From contig OZ025794.1 of the NCBI GenBank assembly GCA_964019425.1, positions 1,364,001 through 1,428,000 on the forward strand: a stretch of DNA of 64,000 nucleotides, read 5' to 3'. The translations under genes and the position numbers were made by a program. A model generated the notes under the pieces. It did no database searches. It saw only the letters and a list, made by a program, of their open reading frames with translations, and had not been told where the DNA came from. Shown piece after piece: positions 56,291 through 64,000 of this stretch; positions within the stretch are counted from its first letter, which is position 1; every line of letters starts with the position of its first letter. The stretch is from Flectonema sp. DT1601 (lineage: Eukaryota).

Positions 56291-57997
56291 ATGCAGCTCT
56301 CAGTAACCTGCCTTGACTCAGAGTACTCTGATGTTTTATTTAATGCTGAAGTGAATTCATTAGTAAAAGATCTGATTCAAGCTGCAGCAGACGAATGGAG
56401 TGCTGACGCGATGTTTATCGAATTGTCATTAGAAGGAGAGGTACTTCCTGAGTCATCCTCATTGGCTTCTCATTGCATTGAACCTGAATCTGAATTATGC
56501 GCATCACTAATAACAGTTTTTGGTAAAGATTGGTTCATAGATTGTGACAAGAGAAAGAAGTTATTTCAATTTTGTAAGAAAAGTCAAAATCAACTTCGCG
56601 TTGACACTCCGACGTTCTCAGAACACGGACGAGTTGTATTTAATGACGAGTGGATGTCTGATGATGTTCGAAGTATTTCATTCTTCAACTCTGAGGCCTC
56701 AGTAACTTCAATCTCTGAATACTTCTTATCAGGACTATCCATGTCGGAGGTTAACGTACCCGGTTTTCAATCTATTTTATGTATTAGTGATTCTTTTCTA
56801 AGTGGGTGTAAGTCACTCACGGCTGTTGATTTATGTGGTCTTAAGAATGCCACTGTAATAAGTACCTATTTCTTGTATGGTTGTAAATCTCTCACAACTT
56901 TAGACTTATCATCCCTCAGTAGCGTCTTGTCAATAGGACATGATTTCCTTTGTAATTGTACTTCATTAACGAAATTAAATTTATCGGGTCTTCGGAATGT
57001 GGAGACAGTTGAGAAATCATTCATTTATAATTGCAATGCTTTGTCTACTGTTGACCTCTCTGGGATGGAAAACCTTTCACAAATCGGAGGTAATTTCTTA
57101 TATAATTGTCTTTCTATTTCTGAACTGAACTTATCGAGTTTGAGTCGAATTGCTTCCATCGAAACTTCATTTTTATACAATTGTAAAACTCTTATTAATA
57201 TAGATCTGTCTGTGTTGAGTAATGTTACAGCTGTTGGGAATTCATTTCTAAGTGGCTGCACGTCATTAGAAGAAATCGATCTTTCGAGTTTCAGTTCCAT
57301 GAAGTTAATAGGAAACTGTTTTCTTTATTGTTGTAGTAGTGTTCGATTATTGGATTTATCACATTTAAATAATGTTACTGTGGTCAAGAATTCTTTTCTT
57401 TCATATTGTGAATCTTTAGAAGAATTGTGCCTGTCAGGGTTGCTCAACGTTACTTCAATTGGTAGTAATATGTTGTTCAACTGCGTTTCATTAACATCTT
57501 TGGATCTTTCTTGTTTTAGTAACGTGATGTTTGTCGGGAATTTTTTTCTTAATAATTGTAAAAGTCTCTTATTTTTAGACTTGTCTGGTCTACGTAGAGT
57601 TTCTCACGTTGGGGATTATTTCCTCTACAACTGCTCTTCTATTTCATCATTAAACCTTTCTGGACTACGCAACGTTGAGTACGTCGGGGACTATTTTCTC
57701 GGGAATTGCGTTTCTCTCACTTCATTGGATTTGTCTGCGTTGGGAAAGGTTACAACAATTGGAAGTGATTTTTTGTATAACTGCACATCAATAAAGTCTT
57801 TAGACTTGTCCAGTTTGAAAAGTGTAGCACGTCTCGGGAAGTCATTACTGCGAGACTGTAGATCAATTAAGAAGCTAAACCTAACAGGACTGACTGAACT
57901 CAAACATGTTGGGGATTGTTTTCTTTATGGATGTGATTCACTTACTGCCAGCATTGATAAAATTAAATTCTTAAAATCAGTTTCTAAAAATGAATGA
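56291..57997 (+). CDS. Ubiquitin-like N-terminal domain + BspA-like LRR protein (long paralogue, ~15 repeats of 25 aa)
   Basis: MQLSV start; IELSLEGEVL...L..H.I..ESEL; FGKDWF...LRVDTPTF linker shared with 24405; regular C.SL..LDLS.L.NV..IG..FL.. repeats. Confidence 0.88.
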   Translation: MQLSVTCLDSEYSDVLFNAEVNSLVKDLIQAAADEWSADAMFIELSLEGEVLPESSSLASHCIEPESELCASLITVFGKDWFIDCDKRKKLFQFCKKSQNQLRVDTPTFSEHGRVVFNDEWMSDDVRSISFFNSEASVTSISEYFLSGLSMSEVNVPGFQSILCISDSFLSGCKSLTAVDLCGLKNATVISTYFLYGCKSLTTLDLSSLSSVLSIGHDFLCNCTSLTKLNLSGLRNVETVEKSFIYNCNALSTVDLSGMENLSQIGGNFLYNCLSISELNLSSLSRIASIETSFLYNCKTLINIDLSVLSNVTAVGNSFLSGCTSLEEIDLSSFSSMKLIGNCFLYCCSSVRLLDLSHLNNVTVVKNSFLSYCESLEELCLSGLLNVTSIGSNMLFNCVSLTSLDLSCFSNVMFVGNFFLNNCKSLLFLDLSGLRRVSHVGDYFLYNCSSISSLNLSGLRNVEYVGDYFLGNCVSLTSLDLSALGKVTTIGSDFLYNCTSIKSLDLSSLKSVARLGKSLLRDCRSIKKLNLTGLTELKHVGDCFLYGCDSLTASIDKIKFLKSVSKNE

Positions 57998-58031
57998 TTT
58001 CATCACAATGAAAATGAGTTTCTGTTTTCTG

Positions 58032-58062
<31 letters not shown>

Positions 58063-58410
58063 ACAAGGCTCGGATAAGAACCTATATTTATATAAATCCC
58101 CTTTTTAGCATTGTGATGGTTGCAGCCAACCATCGTGTGTTTAAAAAAAACCTTAGAAAAGCGAGTTACATTTTCTTGCTATTCCTGCGTCGCTTCTTGC
58201 GTCAAGTAGAGCTCATTTCATTATTAAATTTGCCACTCACTTCATGAGGTCCTTTGGAAGACCCCTTGTTGAATGCTGTTGAATATATTCTCGTTTATAA
58301 TGTTTTTAGAGGTCTCACGAGAGCCTTTCTTATGAGCAAATATTACTTTTTAAAAAAAATATCTGTCACAGAACTAAAAGGCATACTCAAAAAAAAAAAT
58401 AAAATAAAAA

Positions 58411-59736
58411 ATGGGTGTAAAGGGAGTGCCGTACAAGCTTCTCTTATTTCCAATTGTAGCTCTGTTGTTAATTATGACTTTCTTTATGGGAGGAAGCAGC
58501 CACCAGGAGTTTGAATCAGTCAGAACGAAGCACAACAAAGATCTAAACACCTTGAAAGCAATGAAAGAACAAATAATTAAAAAAGAAACAGAATCAGGTC
58601 CTCCATTATGTTACTACCTTTCTGGATCTGGTGTTGGTGACTCTACTACACAGGGTTGGTATGCTATGCAGCCAAAAAAGATGAATGGAAAGAATATTTA
58701 TCTTAGATCTGGAGGTGCTTGGACAGTGGGAGAACGTTACCTTTACTACAGAGAGGACGGCAGGTGGGCTGTGGCAGAAAGTATTCAGGTGACAGCCTAC
58801 TATTACACTTCGGAACCTGTTGAATACCCTGACACTGAAGGCCATCGCTCGGGAGCAACGTGGGCTGCAAGAGAAGCCGACGGAACTTACGTCCCTCTCC
58901 AACACTATCGAGTTATTGAAAAGAGTCGTACCTTCTGCACACCAGTCCCAGAATTAGATAATGTCATCCCAGAAGGTACTGATGTCCATCCTGTTAAGGG
59001 TGTTGACTACGAAGCTGATTTCGACATCTTCAATCCCAAACCCAGTCCTGAAATAAAAATTCCAGACAAACCTCAATTCCGATTCGTCGAAGAAGCCAGC
59101 CCCGCCCTAAAGATTCCTTATAAAATAATTAGTTACATGCCAAGAATATATTACTTTGAGAAATTATTGACAGACGCTGAATGTGATGCGATTGTTGAAC
59201 ACGCTCACAATCAAATAACCAGATCTGGTGTTGTTCCACACAAAGGAAGTAAAGACGGAACAATTAGTGATGTCAGAACATCAAGTCACGCATGGTTAAA
59301 TGAAGAAGTACCTGAAGTACTATCAATAATGGATAGGATCTTATCAATTACTGGATTCAAGAGAGGTGATCAAGAAGCGCTTCAAGTTCTCAGATATGAA
59401 CATAATCAGAAATACGACGCTCATCATGATTACTTCGATCCAAGTTTCTATGGAAAACAGAGTACCAACAGAGCTATGACTGCATTCCTTTATCTGGATA
59501 CTGTTGAAGAAGGTGGAGAAACTTGGTTCCCTCGTGCCAATGGAGGTCCATATCCCAGCAACTATCACGCTTGTGATGCTGGTCTTCGCTTGAAACCTGT
59601 TAAAGGATCTGCTGTTTTCTTTTATGACATGAGACCCGACCTCTCTCTTGATGAGTTCTCTCTTCACGGGGGTTGTCCTGTTAAGAAGGGAACCAAATGG
59701 GGAGGAACTTTATGGCTTCACACGAAAGTGAATTAG
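58411..59736 (+). CDS. P4H: Prolyl 4-hydroxylase (plant/algal type, type II membrane anchor)
   Basis: N-terminal TM; IS..PRI, L.D.ECD, VRTSS..WL, EALQVLRY, YDAHHDYF (HxD), FLYL..VEEGGET.FP and SLHGGCPVKKG.KW. Confidence 0.92.
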   Translation: MGVKGVPYKLLLFPIVALLLIMTFFMGGSSHQEFESVRTKHNKDLNTLKAMKEQIIKKETESGPPLCYYLSGSGVGDSTTQGWYAMQPKKMNGKNIYLRSGGAWTVGERYLYYREDGRWAVAESIQVTAYYYTSEPVEYPDTEGHRSGATWAAREADGTYVPLQHYRVIEKSRTFCTPVPELDNVIPEGTDVHPVKGVDYEADFDIFNPKPSPEIKIPDKPQFRFVEEASPALKIPYKIISYMPRIYYFEKLLTDAECDAIVEHAHNQITRSGVVPHKGSKDGTISDVRTSSHAWLNEEVPEVLSIMDRILSITGFKRGDQEALQVLRYEHNQKYDAHHDYFDPSFYGKQSTNRAMTAFLYLDTVEEGGETWFPRANGGPYPSNYHACDAGLRLKPVKGSAVFFYDMRPDLSLDEFSLHGGCPVKKGTKWGGTLWLHTKVN

Positions 59737-60248
59737 TTACTTCTGATAACAGGTTTTGTTCTGGTCGTCCTGTCTTTCTAAAACAAGCTGTTCATCATCG
59801 TTGAAAGTATGTTTCCGATGTAAAAATTATATTATTTAAAGGGGTTTGGTTTTCGTGTATAAGCACACTGACACTTTGTGATTCTGTTTTCCTCTTTTCT
59901 TTTTGGCAACGTTGAAAAATCTTTGTCGGATAAGCGAAGGAGTGCACAGAAGATCTTCTCCCGCCTGCTCCTTGGAAGATTTTATTGAAAAAATGTTCAA
60001 TTAAAAAAAGAAATTTGAACTTCGATTTGTTTACTTAGATTGCAGTCATTTCCAAACTTTCATTGGTTTGGGTGAACTGAGTGAACGTTCAGCCAGAGAA
60101 TCTATTTATTCATTATGATTGTCACCTTTCACTTACAGAATAATGTGAGAAGGGACTAGTCGGATTCGTAATTCTTTAAAGTCTGTTGTGATTGTTAAAT
60201 GTTGTAATCATTATTATTATTATGAAAGGTTACACATCTCTCACTAAA

Positions 60249-63200
60249 ATGGGTAGCAGTGAGAGTAAAGAAGATCCCATCGTAGCACCTCCACCAGGTA
60301 GGAGGATGTCAGTTAGAAAGCCGAGTGTCATCGGAAGTGTTGGTGTTGGTAAGGAACTGTCTGCTGACGGATCAGACTGTCGACAATTTGAAGGAGTTCC
60401 TGACCCTCCCAGGGCGGGTGATGGAAGTACCTGGCCAGGTGCTTTTGGTAGATCTCCACTTCGAGGAGATTTCTCACCGTACCCTGAGAGTGGTCCAGGG
60501 AGGAGTCATACTCGTGGGGTGTACGGGGAGGGGTACTTTCAAACTCTCCCTCGACTTGCAGATGAGATCCCCGAAAACCTTTTCTTCCAACCAGGAAAAG
60601 CTTACAGTATCACAGTACGACACAGTGATATGTCAAATAGGGATAATGCAGGAATGGATATCAGAGGAATGGCAATTAAGTTCGCTCAAAAAGATGACGT
60701 AGCCTCTCCTCTTGATCTGCTGCTCACAACAGGAGAAGCATCCCCGTGGTGGTCAGCAACGTCACTTTCAGAGTTTGAGAATGCTCATGTTGGAGGAGTT
60801 GATGCTTTAAAGGATTGGTTTTCAAATAAACCAGCGTCTTACTCGGCTTATATTAATTCACTTAAGAGATGTCCAAAATCATACGCCTCGCTCTACTACT
60901 ACTCCCACAGCAGTTATGAACTCGCATCAGAGAGTGGTATAATTTACAATGTGACATTCCGTGTTAGACCCGCAGGTGAATTCCTTGCTACTCACAGTTC
61001 TACTGATCCACCTGATGAAGCTTTACCTCGAGCTGATCAACAGAATCCTTGGTATGCGGGTAGGTTAAAAAGTCTTGGTCTTGAAGCTGACTATCTAATA
61101 ACTGACTACAAGGAAAGGCTTCGACTTAGACCTGTCATATATTGGCTTCAAGCAAGTATCGTATCTCCTGAAAATGAAGAAGACGCTGACTATTTGAATC
61201 CTTCTTTATCTGGAAATCGGAGGAAGGCAAAATGGATTAGTTTAGGTGAGATTATAATAACGGAATGGTTGCCGAATCAAAAATGTGAAAATGTTTTTTT
61301 TGAAAGTCGGAATTGTGGAGATGTGATCAGAAGACCACCAACCAGTTCACCGAATGATTTTAATTCTGTTTTAGCAGCGAGAGAGTTAACACATTCGAGT
61401 GGTATTCCAACTCGTAATAACAATCCGACTGAAAATGTTTTTGAATCCGATTTGCTAATGAGACACGAAGGTCTTCATGGAGGTCTCTCTCAGTATGTCA
61501 TCCGCATAGCTGTTGGAAATTGCAAATCTTCAAGAGAAATGAATAACAACGTTGCCGTGTATGTCACGCTAATCGGACAACGTGATGGTATTGCTGCCCA
61601 CACAGAACCTCTCAGACTCACTCACTGGGCTGACAATACGTTTAGTTCTCTTTCAATGGATGAATGGGTAGTCTACTCCCCCATACAACTTGATGAGATT
61701 AGTTTAATCTCTTTATCACTAAAGGAAGTATCATGTGTTGAATACAGCAGATGGTTAATTAAAAGAGTTGAAGTACTAAATAGACATGCTTCTGAGACAC
61801 CTTGGAAACCTGGTCACATAATAAAGTTAAGAACAAGCAGTCAAATCGCCAAAGAATTGGAACGATTTGACTTTAGTTGTAATGGAGAATCGAATGCTGA
61901 TGATCATGGAGAGAAGGAAGGAAGGATTCTATCGGTGATTGATACTCAAGATGGTGTTCCTCAATTTCAAATTGATGTTCCAAACAGTGGAATAGGATGG
62001 TATCCTTGTACATGTATTGCTTCAATAGTAATCCCGAGAGGATTAGCTCATCATGAGGACCCATTTTGTAGTCAATCTGAGTCAGCGGAATCCACGCCAT
62101 CAAAACCTAACTCTCCCTACAACTCAATCGGACTCGACTTCGAACTTGGTCGTCTTGTCAGCGTCGTTGAAGGTTCCTGTGGTGATCTTGCCGGGTTAGA
62201 GTACTTCATAGGCCACAGACTAACTCATATTAATCATGATGAAGTTTCTGAACAGAATCTCAACACTTTATTTGATACGACTTCAGACCCAACAGCTCTT
62301 TACTTAACATTTGAACCTGAGGAAGGTCCGGTTATATTTCCTGCCTACTGCTATTTAGAAAAAGGTGACGTCCTCTTGTTTGAAGGAACTCACATGCTTC
62401 TCCACAAGGAACACGACTCTCAATCATGTTTAGTTAGAAGGAGACAGCTTCATGATAAAAAGATTACTTACACAAAAGGTTGTTGTGATCACACTGATTT
62501 CTTGCCAAAGTTAGAACGCAGTAATTTTGGCTCAGGTGGATTAGATTTGAGAAAATTATTTGAAAGGAAATCAAAAGAACTGCTACTGCGAGACCTTCTT
62601 GATGGAGGAAGTAAAATAGGAAAACAACCATTCGAGATATTGACCGGATATAATGATTTGTATTTTACGATGCAGTCATTTGACCAAACACCTCTACCGA
62701 TGAGACAAGAGGTTTGGATGAACGATCTCGAATACGGTCGACAATTCGTTGATGGTGCTCTTTGTTTAACAATAGAAAGATATAATCATAACGCCGTCAC
62801 TTCATCTTCTTCTTTTTGTGTGAAAGATTATCACCTTCAGGATGCTCTCTGTACTTCAAAAACAATCTCCGAATTGGAATCTGCTGGAGTTTTATTCATC
62901 GCTGATTTCAGTATTGTCAGAGACCTTCCTTGTAGAAGTGGTATGTGATGTTTATTTATTTTTAATCATGCTCATTGCTGAATTTATTTTTTTCAAAAGA
63001 TTTTAAAATAAAACTCAAACACAGGATGCTACCTTGCCGCACCTGTTATTCTGTTTTATTACAGTAAGGAAGTACAGAGCTTACTACCTGTTGTAATTCA
63101 GTTGAATCCGGGTGATGCATTCTTATGGACCCCTCGTTCATGTACAACAGCGGAATGGACGATAGCAAAGACTTTGGTAATGTGTGCAGGTGCTCATGTT

Positions 63201-64000
63201 GTGTTCTTTGGACATAAGATAGCGAGAACGATGATGGGAATAGAACATTTTGTGTTGGCAACGAAGAGATATTTCTCTGATTCTCATCCGCTATTTAAAT
63301 TATTATATCCCCACTGCGCTGGTACACTTGCTGCTATCGCACAAGTAAAGCAGTATCTGTTGAGTGAGGATGGACTCTGTTCTGTGTTCTCTCTTTCTCA
63401 TTCTGGTCAAACTCTTTTAATTGAAAGATTTCTTAGGAAGTGGACTCTCGATAACAACAACCACACCTCTGACATCATTAATCGCGGTGTTGATTCTATA
63501 GAAGGATATACTTACAGGTATGGTTGTTTCTTATTTAGGTACTCAAAAAGTTTAATCAAAACTAAATAACAACAAAACAGAGACTTTGGATACACAATTG
63601 AGTCGTCAATAGAAACTTACATATCGAACATGTTATCAATTATGTACATCACTTCACAAGATTACTTAGATGATATTGAATTAGGTGAATGGTGTAAAGA
63701 TTTAAAGATAAAGGTTCCCGACAAGGAAGGATTAACAAAACTACTTACGACTTTTGTGTATTCTGTTTCGGTAAGACAGGCGGTTTTGTCGCATTGTCTG
63801 TGGGATACTTTTGGTTGTGTTCCATACTCTCCGTTTGCGTGTTACGAGGCTCCTCCTGTTTGTACGCAACCAGCGAGATCAGACGAAGAGGTGGATACTT
63901 ACATGCTTGATATCCTTCCAGGGAAGTCATCATCAGCTCATCAGGTGGTGTTGACTTGGATGTTAGCAACTTCTAACTTCACACCTCTCTCAGATGCTTA
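60249..64000 (+). CDS. Catalase-related (cAOS-like) + PLAT + lipoxygenase-like fusion protein, 3'-partial; exons 60249-62940, 63025-63517, 63581->64000
   Basis: MGSSES start. cAOS-like RSHTRG, FFQPGK...VRHSD, D.AG.DIRG.AIKFA...PLDLL.TTGE and LYYYS. PLAT-like YVIRI.VG, VYVTLIG and WLIKRVEV. LOX-like W..D.EYGRQ..DG, LAAP..LFY, L.P..IQL, W.IAK, HPLFKLL.PH and Y.YRD. Two in-frame GT-AG introns. Confidence 0.85.

Noticed and set aside
999..63969. Numerous short minus-strand and alternative-frame ORFs
   Set aside because: They are antisense shadows of real genes or poly-F/poly-K translations of T/A runs, with no recognisable motifs.
1..64000. Prokaryotic operon interpretation (same-strand genes, acnB, folB/folK)
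   Set aside because: Spliceosomal introns, kinesin, Pol alpha/epsilon, MYST, Tim22 and an intron-containing eukaryotic tRNA show this is nuclear eukaryotic DNA.

Overview
AT-rich eukaryotic nuclear DNA, most likely from a euglenozoan (diplonemid-like; this is inference). About 24 protein-coding genes all lie on the + strand. Most ATGs have a pyrimidine-tract/AG site shortly upstream, consistent with spliced-leader trans-splicing of polycistronic transcripts. At least 11 short GT-AG cis-introns (63-97 nt) restore reading frames. Recognisable genes: FMN alpha-hydroxy acid oxidase (5'-partial), WDR4/Trm82, a FolB-FolK fusion with a degenerate DHPS-like domain, Tim22, an RNI-type LRR protein, a J-domain protein, OGFOD3, FA2H, a catalytically dead insulinase (M16A), bacterial-type aconitase AcnB with an N-terminal extension, a kinesin, DNA polymerase alpha, DNA polymerase epsilon subunit 2, a PX protein, a MYST acetyltransferase, two ubiquitin-like+LRR paralogues and prolyl 4-hydroxylase. 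A 3'-partial gene encodes a probably myristoylated fusion of a catalase-like (cAOS) domain, PLAT and lipoxygenase, with altered metal ligands in both enzyme domains. Also present: a tRNA-Tyr(GUA) gene with a 10-nt intron, a decayed non-LTR retrotransposon fragment just upstream of it, and a 7.6-kb gene-free tract with repeated hairpin motifs. The most notable items are the rewired cAOS-LOX fusion, the opposite base composition of cis- and trans-splice acceptors, and the repeated structured elements at 48.9-52.3 kb. All family assignments come from motif recognition by eye with reference motifs recalled from memory; no searches were run.
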